A DNA stretch of 64,000 bases from Chloroflexota bacterium (GCA_002719295.1 PBHC01000012.1:9928-73927); one strand, 5' to 3'. Numbered from the stretch's first letter, positions 1 through 10,106 are shown. Notes: generated by a model from the letters alone, not told the origin. Made by a program: numbers and translations.

Positions 1-817
1 CATCTTTTGGATAGAAATTTAGATATTTTCTTGCTGATTCAAGTGACCAAAATCTTCTTGTGTTATCGCTAACTCCATATACAACTAAATATGGGACATC
101 ATTTAAATTGCCCTCAACTTTTTCTATAGATACAGCTTTATCAAACAGGTCGCTTAGATCTCTTTGACTGATATATGCTCCAAGATGTCGTTTTATATTT
201 TGAATTCCTGTCCCGTTATTATTGCTTATAAACTTATTGTTTTGAATTTTTTCATCTATTTCTCTTGGAAATCCTATTCTTACATGAATAAATTCCATTT
301 TCCTGCCAAATTTTCCTGATGCGTAAGGAATTGATAAAAGTTCATATGAGGCTTTAGCCCATCCATAAAAATTATCAGAATATGGAATCATTTTGGTATT
401 TACCATATCGAGTTTCCTTTCATGGATCTCATTATGTTCATACCAATCTGCAGCATGATTAGATGAGGCAACAATAATTCTTTCTACATTGTTTTTATAT
501 CCTGCTTTATAAATTTTATTTGCCATGATGACATTTTTATTCTCTTGGTCAAAAGAGCCTATTTCATTATCTAAGTTATTAGGATCTCGTTCTTTATCAG
601 GTCTTATGTATGCTAAATGAATAATCGAATTATGACCTTTTACTGTTTTTTCTATTTCTGAAATTGAAGATTCAGATAGGTTTTGTATTATTTTGCTTGA
701 TTTAAACTCTTTATTAAAATCAATATCAACTAAAGTAAGTTCAAATTTTTTTTCTAAATGAGGTATTATTCTTGATGCAACGTATCCGTTTGCTCCTGTA
801 ATTAGTACTTTTTTCAA
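1..817 (-). CDS. NAD(P)-dependent epimerase/dehydratase-type SDR, uronate dehydrogenase-like (3' end runs off the window; not in ORF track)
   Basis: Manual translation from TTG at 817 gives MKKVLITGANGYVA (Rossmann GxxGxxA), IIHLAY, IVASSNH, catalytic YGWAK (YxxxK), VRIG and VYGVSDN..FW. SSNH and YGVSDN resemble the Udh subfamily. Confidence 0.8.
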   Translation of the reverse strand, partial: MKKVLITGANGYVASRIIPHLEKKFELTLVDIDFNKEFKSSKIIQNLSESSISEIEKTVKGHNSIIHLAYIRPDKERDPNNLDNEIGSFDQENKNVIMANKIYKAGYKNNVERIIVASSNHAADWYEHNEIHERKLDMVNTKMIPYSDNFYGWAKASYELLSIPYASGKFGRKMEFIHVRIGFPREIDEKIQNNKFISNNNGTGIQNIKRHLGAYISQRDLSDLFDKAVSIEKVEGNLNDVPYLVVYGVSDNTRRFWSLESARKYLNFYPKD

Positions 818-821
818 TTTT

Positions 822-2243
822 TTATCCGTTGGGTCCTATTTCTAAAATTTTTAAAATAGGATTATTATCTAAATTATATATACTATGGTCGCCGTTCTTT
901 TTTAATTCTCCCCAATATAATTTGACCATCATTTCTCTTTGTTTCTTATGTTTTTCTGAGTTTATAAGATTGTTTATTTCGTCAGGATCAGACTCTAGGT
1001 CATAGAATTCATCATAATCAAACCCATTAAAAATATACTTTAAGTTTTTGTACCATAAAACTCTTTGCTTTAATTGAAGTCTTGTACCATCATACTCAGA
1101 AAAAGATTTATCTATGGTGTTAACTTCATCAGTACAAAGAATTTTTTTGAAAGATTCTGAGTCAATATTTCTTATTTCTTTTTGATCTAATAAATCTAGT
1201 ATTGTAGGGCATAAATCCATACTTGATACCAAATCATTTGATAATTTATCTTTTTTTATTTCTGGCCCTGAAATAATCATAGGTATTCGGTAGATTTCTT
1301 CAAATGCACATAGATTTTTAGCGTATATACCGTGTGATGATAAAGCTTCACCATGATCTGAAGTAAAAATAATAATAGTATTGTCTAATTCTCCTTTTTC
1401 TTCTAGTACATCTATTATCTTTCCATATTCATGATCTATTTCTGTGACCATTGCATAATAATTTCTTATTGACTCTATATGATCTTGTTTTGTCATATTT
1501 TCAAAAACTTTTTTACCTCTTTTATAAATATTGGGTTTGTCATGGAAATCATCATTAAATGACTTAGGCAATTCTAATTCAATATTTTCATACATATCGT
1601 AGAACTTTTTAGTAGATATAAAAGGATCGTGTGGTTCTATTACAGATGCAAAACAAGCCCAAGGTTTATCTCCCTTTTCTTTATTTATGAATTCTTTTGC
1701 TCTTTGGGATACTAGCCCTACAACTCTTTCTTCAGTATCCATATTTGAAACCCCATAGAAAGGCGTGTTTTTGTATCCAGGAGGGTTATCTATAAATAGA
1801 TGAGGCATACTTTTATCTATACTATCTTTATGTTTTTTATTTGCATTAATATACTCAGTTGAAGCTCCATCCTGAAGTTCGTATTCATTCCATCCAAACT
1901 CTTTTAGATTATTTGTTCTTTCAACGTGCCATTTCCCGTAATAAGCAGTATTGTAACCATCTTCTCTGAGTCTTTGAGCCCAATGCTCTTTTTCTGTTCT
2001 TAAGTTTGACTGATCCTGGTCAACAGTATGTGTAACAGTTGTAACACCATGATTATGAGGTAATAATCCTGTCATTATGCTAGCTCTTGCTGGTGAACAA
2101 ACAGGATTTGCTGTATGGGCCCTGTTAAATTTAACCCCTTTTTCTGCCAATTTATCCAAATTTGGTGTCAGGCATGAATTATTTTCATCTAGTACTTGGC
2201 CGTGCATTTGGTCAACCATCAAGAAAAGTAAGTTTTTTTTCAT
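822..2243 (-). CDS. Formylglycine-dependent sulfatase, no signal peptide
   Basis: N-terminal MVDQ, CSPARASIMTG (CxPxR), YGKWH, EPHDP, FTSDHGE, FYDLESDPDE. Confidence 0.92.
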   Translation of the reverse strand: MKKNLLFLMVDQMHGQVLDENNSCLTPNLDKLAEKGVKFNRAHTANPVCSPARASIMTGLLPHNHGVTTVTHTVDQDQSNLRTEKEHWAQRLREDGYNTAYYGKWHVERTNNLKEFGWNEYELQDGASTEYINANKKHKDSIDKSMPHLFIDNPPGYKNTPFYGVSNMDTEERVVGLVSQRAKEFINKEKGDKPWACFASVIEPHDPFISTKKFYDMYENIELELPKSFNDDFHDKPNIYKRGKKVFENMTKQDHIESIRNYYAMVTEIDHEYGKIIDVLEEKGELDNTIIIFTSDHGEALSSHGIYAKNLCAFEEIYRIPMIISGPEIKKDKLSNDLVSSMDLCPTILDLLDQKEIRNIDSESFKKILCTDEVNTIDKSFSEYDGTRLQLKQRVLWYKNLKYIFNGFDYDEFYDLESDPDEINNLINSEKHKKQREMMVKLYWGELKKNGDHSIYNLDNNPILKILEIGPNG

Positions 2244-2253
2244 AAGAACCTTC

Positions 2254-3381
2254 TTAAATAAATGGCTTTATTTTTTCAAAATTCCCACCAACAATTTCTT
2301 TAGATTCAATGGATAGCCAGTCTTCTAAAATATCAGAGTATAGGCCTCTGAAATCAAAGTTAAATTTAAGGTCTCCTTCGACTCTTTCGCTTGGATCTAA
2401 AGAAGGATATTCATTATAATGCCCACCTTTTACACTTTCTCCAATTAAAAAAGATACTCCTCCAGATCCATGATCTGTACCAGTACCATTATCATCAATT
2501 CTTCTTCCGAATTCAGAGAAAATAAACACTAATACCTCTTTCCCTTTATTGTGTTCCTTCAAATCTTCAAAAAAAGAACTCAATGCATCTGAAAGTTGTT
2601 GCCATAAATATTCTTGTAAAACAACCTCATTTGTATGAGTATCGAATCCGCCATGGTTTACATAGAATATTCTAGTACCAAAATTTGCAAAATGGACCTG
2701 TGCTACACCTTTTAATTGCTTTGCTATGTTTGTATCTGGATATTCTATGTTTGATTTATAAAGCTTTGGGGCTTCATTTATAATATCTATACCTTTAGCA
2801 GCATCTAATCCTGTTTTACCTAAGTAATTCATAGTAAAGTCGTTTCCTATAACAGGACTGTAGAATCTTTTAAAAGTATCCATTGCTTTTGTTTTGTTTG
2901 CTTCATCTGAAATTGATGTAAAGAGTCCATAGTTATCTATATCACCAACTGAAGTAACAGGGACATCAGGAGCTACTAAAGCTCTAGGTAAATATTCACT
3001 GAAATTAACTGCAGTTACTACATTATCTCCACTTGGATCTATATCTTTTATTGCTTGGCCAAGCCATCCTTTTGACCCAACTTTGTTTGGTTCAGCTGTG
3101 TGCCAAATATCCATAGATCTAAAATGCGATCTGTTTGGAGTTGGATATCCAACTCCATGAATAATAGCCAAGTTGCCTTCTTCATAGAATTTTTTCATTA
3201 TTCCCATACCTGGATTTAGTCCAAGTTTATTATCTAATGGGATAATTTCTTCATCTTTTAACATTATGTTTTTTCTAGAGTCTCTATATATAGGGTTTTC
3301 CCATGGAACGATACAATTTAAATAGTCATTCCCTCCAGAAAGCTGGATAGTTACTAGTACTTTTTCATCATTTGATATCAT
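2254..3381 (-). CDS. DUF1501 family protein (no Tat leader)
   Basis: QLSGGNDYLN, GYPTPNRSHF, GGFDTH, SEFGRR, GTDHG, DFRGLY. Confidence 0.88.
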   Translation of the reverse strand: MISNDEKVLVTIQLSGGNDYLNCIVPWENPIYRDSRKNIMLKDEEIIPLDNKLGLNPGMGIMKKFYEEGNLAIIHGVGYPTPNRSHFRSMDIWHTAEPNKVGSKGWLGQAIKDIDPSGDNVVTAVNFSEYLPRALVAPDVPVTSVGDIDNYGLFTSISDEANKTKAMDTFKRFYSPVIGNDFTMNYLGKTGLDAAKGIDIINEAPKLYKSNIEYPDTNIAKQLKGVAQVHFANFGTRIFYVNHGGFDTHTNEVVLQEYLWQQLSDALSSFFEDLKEHNKGKEVLVFIFSEFGRRIDDNGTGTDHGSGGVSFLIGESVKGGHYNEYPSLDPSERVEGDLKFNFDFRGLYSDILEDWLSIESKEIVGGNFEKIKPFI

Positions 3382-3390
3382 AAGTTTCTC

Positions 3391-4401
3391 CTAATTTATC
3401 TTATATACCTGAATTCTATTTCTATTTGAGTCTAGTATTAGTAGATTTTGGTTGTTATCTACTATTACCGAGGTTGGGTCCCAAAAGTAGGACTCTATTC
3501 TTGCAGATTCTTCATGAGGTTCAACTTCATCTATTGGAATAACTGGAACAAATGATTCTCTTGCTTTTTTTTCATCCATATTTGCATTTATATATTCTTT
3601 TGCCCATTCTGAAAGAGTTGACTCCCCTCTTAAGAAACCGCAATAATCAAAGTTTTCATCATAAATTTGAATTTTTTGATTTCCCCAATCACAAACATAA
3701 TAAAATCCTTTATCATCTTGAGTAACATCTGAAGGTCTAAATAACTCTCCCTCTTTTGTTCCTGATTTACCAAATTGATCTAAAAAATTTCCGTCTTTAT
3801 CAAATATTTGAATTCTATCATTTCGCCAATCGGCAACGAGCACTTTTTCATTTATGATTTTGATTCCCCATGGTTTATCGAATTCACCAGGTTTATCACC
3901 TTCTTTACCCCAAGTCTTAACAAAATCACCTTCTGTAGTCATAACTTGAACTCTATTATTTAAATTGTCTGTTATGTAAAGTAAATCATTTGCGTCGCTA
4001 GTTATTCCTGATGGAAAGTTTAATTGTCCTTCTTTTTCACCCTTAACCCCCCAGCGTTTTACAAAATCACCTTCAGGCGTGAAAATTGAAACAGTATGAG
4101 TATACTCATCGGTAACATAAACATTGTCTTTTGAGTCGAATGTTAATGAACAAGGCCAATATAATTCACCTGGATTTTTTCCAAATTTAGAAAATTCTCC
4201 AAAATAATTATTTTCAATATCTAGCATTGAAATTCTTAGTCCTACAGTATGAAATGCACCACTTCTATTTACAACATATACTTTGTTTTTACTATTTATA
4301 GCTAGGTCTCTTGGTAAATGAAAACCTCTACCTCCTACATCTGCTGTAAATCCTACTGAATGGGTATATTGAATTTTAACTTTCTCGTTAAGCTTTTTCA
4401 T
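3391..4401 (-). CDS. NHL-repeat six-bladed beta-propeller protein
   Basis: Repeated G-x-F/L-x-x-P-x-x-I...YV-x-D-x-x-N-x-R-I/V-Q units. Confidence 0.88.
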   Translation of the reverse strand: MKKLNEKVKIQYTHSVGFTADVGGRGFHLPRDLAINSKNKVYVVNRSGAFHTVGLRISMLDIENNYFGEFSKFGKNPGELYWPCSLTFDSKDNVYVTDEYTHTVSIFTPEGDFVKRWGVKGEKEGQLNFPSGITSDANDLLYITDNLNNRVQVMTTEGDFVKTWGKEGDKPGEFDKPWGIKIINEKVLVADWRNDRIQIFDKDGNFLDQFGKSGTKEGELFRPSDVTQDDKGFYYVCDWGNQKIQIYDENFDYCGFLRGESTLSEWAKEYINANMDEKKARESFVPVIPIDEVEPHEESARIESYFWDPTSVIVDNNQNLLILDSNRNRIQVYKIN

Positions 4402-5801
4402 TATGTCATTTGAAATTCTCTGGAAGAAGAGATTAATTTAATAATAATCGAAACAGATTCTTTATTCAGCTCAATAGAATCGTCATTTATATGATCTGAC
4501 AGAGCATCTATAGTGCTTGAATGAAGGTTAATATATCCTAACTCTTCTAGGCAAATTTCTAAAATATTTTCTTTATTAGGGTCTTTAGATAAAATATTTT
4601 TAATTACTTTTTTTTCAGTATTACCTAAGAAATCAGCAGCAAAATTAATTCGTTCTACTACAGATCCTGTATTTATCCATTCTTCTCCGCCTTGCCATCC
4701 TTCGACTGAAGTAGGATTTAGTAATGGTTGCCCCATTAATCCTGAGCTAATAGTTGCTTGGTAAACTTCTTCGGAAGGAATCTCAAATCCTCCTGATAAC
4801 CTTACAGCATTAACTACTAATTCTGCTGGACTTTTTATCCTATTGTTAATTATCTGTTCGTTTCTAAAGTATTTTGACTTAAATAAATCTCTAAGAATTT
4901 CTTTGATATTATAGGAATGTTTAAAGTAGGACTTAACTATAAAATTGATAGCATCTTCGTCTAATGGTTTTTTATGTGGCCACTGAGGAACAGGCAATTC
5001 ATCTTTTATGAAAAAATGATATAAATGTCTTGCTATATATCTTGCTGTTGATTCTTGTTTGCATATGATTTTTATTACATCTTCCCCGTTAAAATTACCT
5101 TTTTCACCTAAAAATTCTTTTTCACCAAAATCATGATCATTTTGATCGAACTTAAATTGCCATGCAACGTAATTATATGGTCTTGCTGTGTTATTACGCA
5201 TCTTTATAGACATGTATGGCATGTTTTCAACTGTCCAGCCTGTGAAAGCTCTTGAACATTCTTTTATATCTTGTTCTGAGTAAGATCCGACACCCATAGA
5301 AAACAATTCTAAAATTTCTCTTCCATAATTTTCATTTATGTTAGTTTTATGATTATCTTGATTATCTAACCACATGATCATTGCAGGATCTTTAGATAAT
5401 TGAATAAGAATATTTTCAAAACTACCTAATCCATGGTCTCTGAACATCTCTACTTGAGATGTCATTACTTTTCCTTGAATAAGCTTGTGTTGCCCTGTTG
5501 CGAATAATCTATGCCAAAATAATGCCATTTTTTCGTCAAAAGGAAACTTTGAATGAGCTAATCTGTACATCCAAAAAGCTCCTGAGCTATTTACACTTCT
5601 TACGTCAGAAAGATCTATTTGATATCGTCTTAATAAGTCTTTAGGAACAGGATTTTTATCTTCATTATCTAGCAAGAAATCTACAGCATCTTCAAAGTTT
5701 TTTTCAGATAAGAAATCTATTTCTTCTCTTGATCCTCCAAAGCAAACTCTTCTTAATAAGTGTGCAATTTCTTCTTGTTTAGTTTTATTTTTCGTTGTCA
5801 T
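4401..5801 (-). CDS. DUF1800 family protein
   Basis: AHLLRR, EKMALFWH, DPAMIMWLDN, NENYGREILELFSMG, SRAFTGW, KSPAE, MGQPLLNPTSVEGW. Confidence 0.9.
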   Translation of the reverse strand: MTTKNKTKQEEIAHLLRRVCFGGSREEIDFLSEKNFEDAVDFLLDNEDKNPVPKDLLRRYQIDLSDVRSVNSSGAFWMYRLAHSKFPFDEKMALFWHRLFATGQHKLIQGKVMTSQVEMFRDHGLGSFENILIQLSKDPAMIMWLDNQDNHKTNINENYGREILELFSMGVGSYSEQDIKECSRAFTGWTVENMPYMSIKMRNNTARPYNYVAWQFKFDQNDHDFGEKEFLGEKGNFNGEDVIKIICKQESTARYIARHLYHFFIKDELPVPQWPHKKPLDEDAINFIVKSYFKHSYNIKEILRDLFKSKYFRNEQIINNRIKSPAELVVNAVRLSGGFEIPSEEVYQATISSGLMGQPLLNPTSVEGWQGGEEWINTGSVVERINFAADFLGNTEKKVIKNILSKDPNKENILEICLEELGYINLHSSTIDALSDHINDDSIELNKESVSIIIKLISSSREFQMT

Positions 5802-6000
5802 TACTCAATTTCTTCTTTGCCAATAAAGTTTTTCTTAGCTTGATCCTTGCTGAATAAACAATTATCAAAGCAGCTAATATTGGAAGCCATCTTGATACCA
5901 TTCCTTCTTCTATTCCAAAGCTTCCTAAAATCAATCTTATTATAAAAGAAATTATTAAAAGTGCACCAATTTCTAATAACATTATTTGCAATCTACTCAT
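5785..6000 (-). CDS. Small two-TM membrane protein (71 aa), start revised
   Basis: ATG at 6000 is preceded by AAGGAG; two hydrophobic segments and a basic tail. The longer ORF-track start overlaps the upstream gene. Confidence 0.65.
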   Translation of the reverse strand: MSRLQIMLLEIGALLIISFIIRLILGSFGIEEGMVSRWLPILAALIIVYSARIKLRKTLLAKKKLSNDNEK

Positions 6001-6014
6001 TTTTTTCTCCTTAA

Positions 6015-6734
6015 TTAAATTATATTTCTTGATATGTAATATGTCGCCATTAAACACATGGATAAATTTTCTATTATTGTAAGATTTGATAGAGGAATAT
6101 TGAAAGATGTTCCTAGGCAAGCACAATTAACATTCTGATTATTTCTTAGTTTATTAAATATCCCAAAAGTTTGAGGAATTAGGATAAACAATGTTGCTAC
6201 ATTAGAAAATAATAAGAAAGATCCTGATAGAAAAAAAACACCTAAAATTAATTCTATAAAAGGATATATTATTCCGAATCTAAAGAACTTTTTTGTAATT
6301 GGGTCATAATTAGAAAAAGAAATAGCAAATTGTTTAATATTTTGTAATTTCAAAAAAGAAAAAATAATGAAAAAGAATCCCATAAAAAATCTCATGAATC
6401 CATTAATTGTATTTTCAGAATTGTTAAATGAAATTACAGTTAGTAAAAGGACAAGCCCTAAAGTTATAAAAATTGGTTTGTAAGTACTAAAGTAACTTAT
6501 AATTATATTTTTTCCTTTTGTTGAATTTTTTGAAACTGTATAGTCTCCTACAGGACTTAATATCTTATTAAGTTCTGCAATTTCGTAATCTTTAATAGAA
6601 ACGACTACCAAGCTTCCATCTTCCAAAGTAACAATAGCTTCAGAAATATTATCTTCTAGCTCAAGTTTTGTTTTAATTGTAGAAACACATCCTTCGCAGG
6701 TCATTCCGTCTATTTTAAATTTATATTTATTCAT
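6015..6734 (-). CDS. Heavy-metal-associated (HMA) domain fused to a MauE/DoxX-like membrane domain
   Basis: GMTCEGC at the N-terminus; FSFLKL, YPFIELILG, CACLG and TIIENL in the TM part. Confidence 0.8.
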   Translation of the reverse strand: MNKYKFKIDGMTCEGCVSTIKTKLELEDNISEAIVTLEDGSLVVVSIKDYEIAELNKILSPVGDYTVSKNSTKGKNIIISYFSTYKPIFITLGLVLLLTVISFNNSENTINGFMRFFMGFFFIIFSFLKLQNIKQFAISFSNYDPITKKFFRFGIIYPFIELILGVFFLSGSFLLFSNVATLFILIPQTFGIFNKLRNNQNVNCACLGTSFNIPLSNLTIIENLSMCLMATYYISRNII

Positions 6735-6743
6735 TATTTTTTA

Positions 6744-8018
6744 TTAAAAGTCTGTATTGCACCATGGTTTTTGTTCTACGAAAAACATTTTTGTTAATTC
6801 TCTGAGAGAGTTATGATTTTCTACGTCTATATTTCCTGCTTGAAAATGTTCACCAGGAGAAGTTCCTCCAAAGTATATTGAACTTAGATCTGAAGGTCTC
6901 ATAAAAATATCTGGTTTCTTTTTTACTTTTTTTACTTCAGTGTTATTGCCATCTGTTTCAATTAAATAAGTACCTTCAATATCCTGTTGATTTTGACCTG
7001 TAATACTAATTGTCATATTCCCTTTATAGTTATACGTCCTACTTTCAAGCATTTTTATAGGATCAATTATCCTGACCCATAATCCATCAATGGTATCTCT
7101 TTTTAATTTTCTTGGGTTTTCCAACATCAAGTAAAGAGGATCACTTGGAGCTCTTCTATTAAAAGTGATTTCTTCAACTAATTCGACACCAAAAATATAG
7201 TGCCATAAAGCGTTATTAGTTTCTCTGTCTATTGATATTATCTCTTCAACTCTTAGCGTCCCTTTATCATCTTCGTGGGCAACTCCAGATTCTTTATCAA
7301 AATTATAAAATGCATACCCTGAAGGTTTATTATCTTTGTAGGCTATTACAAAAAAGAAACCACTGTTTCCGGATTTGTTATACATTGTTTGGTCATCTTC
7401 ATAAAGCATGTAATTCCAATATCCTTGAGTCCTATCAGTTGCGCCATTTTGACATTTACTAAATATGTCATAAATTTTTGGAATTTCCTTTAATGCTGTA
7501 TTTTTATCTACTAATTCAAATCTAATTGAATCATTTTTTGGTTTTGATAAATTGGAATGGTTTGAATTTATTGACCAGTCTTCTCTGATTGTTGCAAGGC
7601 CGTATCCAAATCTACTGTAAAGCAATGATTGAGATGCCCATAAACCTGATATTGAATCTCCTCTTTCTTTTGCTTGTGAATGAAGTTTTTTCATCATAGA
7701 AGAAAAAATACCTTTTCGTTTATGAGTTGGCAGGGTACCCATAAAAGCTATGCCTGCCATGCTTAAACTATTTCCGCCTGGAATAGTCATGGAATAATTA
7801 TCTGCTCCTCCTGTTCCTACAATTTTACCTATCTCTGTATCGAATGCAGCTAATAATCTATCACTTGGTTCATTCCAATTATCAAAATCAATCATAAACC
7901 TGTCATTGACCATTCTTTTTACAACATCTTTGTTAGGGATGTCTCCAAATACAGTTCTTACGGACTTACGCCATTCAAAAACATTTGATTTATCTACAGG
8001 TATAATTTTTACTGACAT
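6744..8018 (-). CDS. Eis-like GNAT N-acetyltransferase with C-terminal SCP2-like domain
   Basis: GTLPTHKRKG, LWASQSLLYSRFGYG, LWVRIID, LSSIYFGG, C-terminal PWCNTDF. Confidence 0.85.
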   Translation of the reverse strand: MSVKIIPVDKSNVFEWRKSVRTVFGDIPNKDVVKRMVNDRFMIDFDNWNEPSDRLLAAFDTEIGKIVGTGGADNYSMTIPGGNSLSMAGIAFMGTLPTHKRKGIFSSMMKKLHSQAKERGDSISGLWASQSLLYSRFGYGLATIREDWSINSNHSNLSKPKNDSIRFELVDKNTALKEIPKIYDIFSKCQNGATDRTQGYWNYMLYEDDQTMYNKSGNSGFFFVIAYKDNKPSGYAFYNFDKESGVAHEDDKGTLRVEEIISIDRETNNALWHYIFGVELVEEITFNRRAPSDPLYLMLENPRKLKRDTIDGLWVRIIDPIKMLESRTYNYKGNMTISITGQNQQDIEGTYLIETDGNNTEVKKVKKKPDIFMRPSDLSSIYFGGTSPGEHFQAGNIDVENHNSLRELTKMFFVEQKPWCNTDF

Positions 8019-8019
8019 T

Positions 8020-10038
8020 TTATTTTTTCCTAAGTGCTTCTTTTCCTGCTTTAAGTGTTTCTATAATTTTATCGACATCATAAACACATCCACCCCAAGT
8101 TCCTCCGCTAACATCCTGTAAAGCTGCCCATAATCTCGTGTCGTCAGGTAAATTTTTGTTAGCTTTAATTTCTAAAGATGCGTCTCTTTGACTAAACTCT
8201 TTATCTCCCCAATCTTTTCCTTTATTTTCACCATCTTCTCCGACTAGATTAATTGAACCTATTAATTTCTTTGTATCAATAATTATCTCTATCAAATCTC
8301 CTTCTTTAAGTAATCCAATAGGACCACCTGCAAGAGCTTCAGGCCCAATATGACCAATACATGCTCCTGTTGAAACTCCAGAAAATCTTGCATCAGTAAG
8401 TAAGGCTATTTCTTTACCATATGATAAGTGTTTTAAAGCAGCTGTAATTTGGTATGTCTCTTCCATTCCTGTTCCGTTAGGTCCCCCACAAATTATTACT
8501 AGTATTTCGCCTCTTTTCAATTTATCTGGACCTGTAGATTTTATGGATCTCATAGCATCATTTTCAGAGTTAAAAACTCTTGCATAACCAGTATTTCTAT
8601 AAACTCCATCATCATCAATTACCTCAGGATCAATAGCCGTAGACTTAATTACTGATCCTTCGGGAGCAATATTTCCTAATGGAAAAGTTACTGTTGAAGT
8701 AAGGCCTTTTAGAGTTGCATTAGATTTACTCATTATTACATTATTAGGATCAACTTTATCATTTTCAGAAAGGAAATTTCTTACATATTTTCTTCTATCT
8801 GATTCCTCCCACCATTCTAAGTTTTCCCTTAATGTTTTTCCTGTTGCAGTAAGTACATCTAAATTTAATAAGCCTAATTTTTTTAAGTTCAACATTACTT
8901 CTGGTACGCCTCCTGCTGCATAAAATTGTGCAGTAGGATGTCCAACAGGGCCATTAGGCAGAACATCAACTAACCTTGGAACGTAACTATTAACTCTTGC
9001 CCAATCTTCAACGTTCATTCTTTTTCTTCCTACTGCATGGGCAATAGCAGGTAAATGAAGCAATAGATTTGTTGACCCTCCACATGCTGCATGAAGCACC
9101 ATAGCATTTTCAAATGCTTTGTCGGTAAGTATTTGATCAATAGTTATATTTTTATTTTCTAAATTCATCAAAGCCTTTGCAGATCTTTTTGCATTATTGG
9201 TCCAAGCAGGAGTACCACTTGGAGTGCAAGCAGAATGAGTTAATGCGATTCCTAGAGATTCAGCTATAACTTGAGAAGTTCCTGCTGTTCCTAAAAACTG
9301 ACAACCTCCTCCTGGTGAGGCACAAGCTCTACAACCCATATCTTGAGCATATTCGAGAGAGATTTCACCTTGAGCAAATCTTGCTCCAATAGATTGAATT
9401 TTTCCTGCATCTTCACCGTTTTTGGGAGCTAAAGTTGATCCCCCGGGCACTATTATTGAAGGTTTATTTTTCATACCAGCTAGAGCCATCATCATTGCAG
9501 GTAAGCCTTTGTCACATGACGCTATTCCCATAACAGCTTTTGCAGTAGGCAAAGATCTTGCTATTCTTCTAAATACCTTTGCCGCATCATTTCTGTATGG
9601 TAAAGAATCAAACATCCCAGTCGTTCCTTGGGTTCGTCCATCACAAGGATCAGAACAATATGCTGAAAAAGGCAATCCTCCCATTTCATTTATGGTGTTT
9701 GCTGCATTTTCAACTAAAGATGATAATTCCCAATGACCTGTATGAAAACCTAATGCTATTGGCTCTCCGTCTTTATTTTTTAATCCTCCGCTAGTAGAAA
9801 GAATTAAAAATTGCTTTCTTAGCAATTCACTTGGATTCCATCCCATTCCAGCATTTTGAGTTAACCCAAAATGGTTACCACTAGGTTCATTAATTAATAT
9901 TTCTGGTGTAAAAGGAATACTTCCAGAAGGACCATCCGCATGCGTTTGAATTTTATATGTCGCTTCTGAACTTCCTTCAATAATGTCTAAAAATGAGACA
10001 TTTAAATTTTTATCTGATACCACATTCTCTCCGATCAT
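8020..10038 (-). CDS. YjhG/YagF-family D-xylonate (sugar-acid) dehydratase, IlvD/Edd superfamily
   Basis: FGLTQNAGMGW, ALGFHTGHWE, SDPCDGRTQG, CDKG, GGGCQFLGTA, GGSTN, TDARFSG, DTRLWAALQ. Confidence 0.9.
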   Translation of the reverse strand: MIGENVVSDKNLNVSFLDIIEGSSEATYKIQTHADGPSGSIPFTPEILINEPSGNHFGLTQNAGMGWNPSELLRKQFLILSTSGGLKNKDGEPIALGFHTGHWELSSLVENAANTINEMGGLPFSAYCSDPCDGRTQGTTGMFDSLPYRNDAAKVFRRIARSLPTAKAVMGIASCDKGLPAMMMALAGMKNKPSIIVPGGSTLAPKNGEDAGKIQSIGARFAQGEISLEYAQDMGCRACASPGGGCQFLGTAGTSQVIAESLGIALTHSACTPSGTPAWTNNAKRSAKALMNLENKNITIDQILTDKAFENAMVLHAACGGSTNLLLHLPAIAHAVGRKRMNVEDWARVNSYVPRLVDVLPNGPVGHPTAQFYAAGGVPEVMLNLKKLGLLNLDVLTATGKTLRENLEWWEESDRRKYVRNFLSENDKVDPNNVIMSKSNATLKGLTSTVTFPLGNIAPEGSVIKSTAIDPEVIDDDGVYRNTGYARVFNSENDAMRSIKSTGPDKLKRGEILVIICGGPNGTGMEETYQITAALKHLSYGKEIALLTDARFSGVSTGACIGHIGPEALAGGPIGLLKEGDLIEIIIDTKKLIGSINLVGEDGENKGKDWGDKEFSQRDASLEIKANKNLPDDTRLWAALQDVSGGTWGGCVYDVDKIIETLKAGKEALRKK

Positions 10039-10073
10039 TCTCTTATGACTTAATAATAAAATATTACAAAGAG

Positions 10074-10106
10074 ATAGATATATCTATTGATATAAATTAC
10101 GTAATT
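10074..10106. promoter_or_regulatory. Two adjacent perfect palindromes (candidate operators) in a divergent intergenic region
   Basis: ATAGATATATCTAT (10074-10087) and AATTACGTAATT (10095-10106). Confidence 0.3.

Noticed and set aside
5785..6126. 113-aa version of the small membrane protein
   Set aside because: The extension overlaps the HMA-MauE gene; ATG 6000 has a clear AAGGAG SD.
6744..8018. Eis-like gene as an acquired antibiotic-resistance gene
   Set aside because: No mobile-element context, composition matches the neighbours, and Eis-like GNATs are widespread in environmental bacteria.
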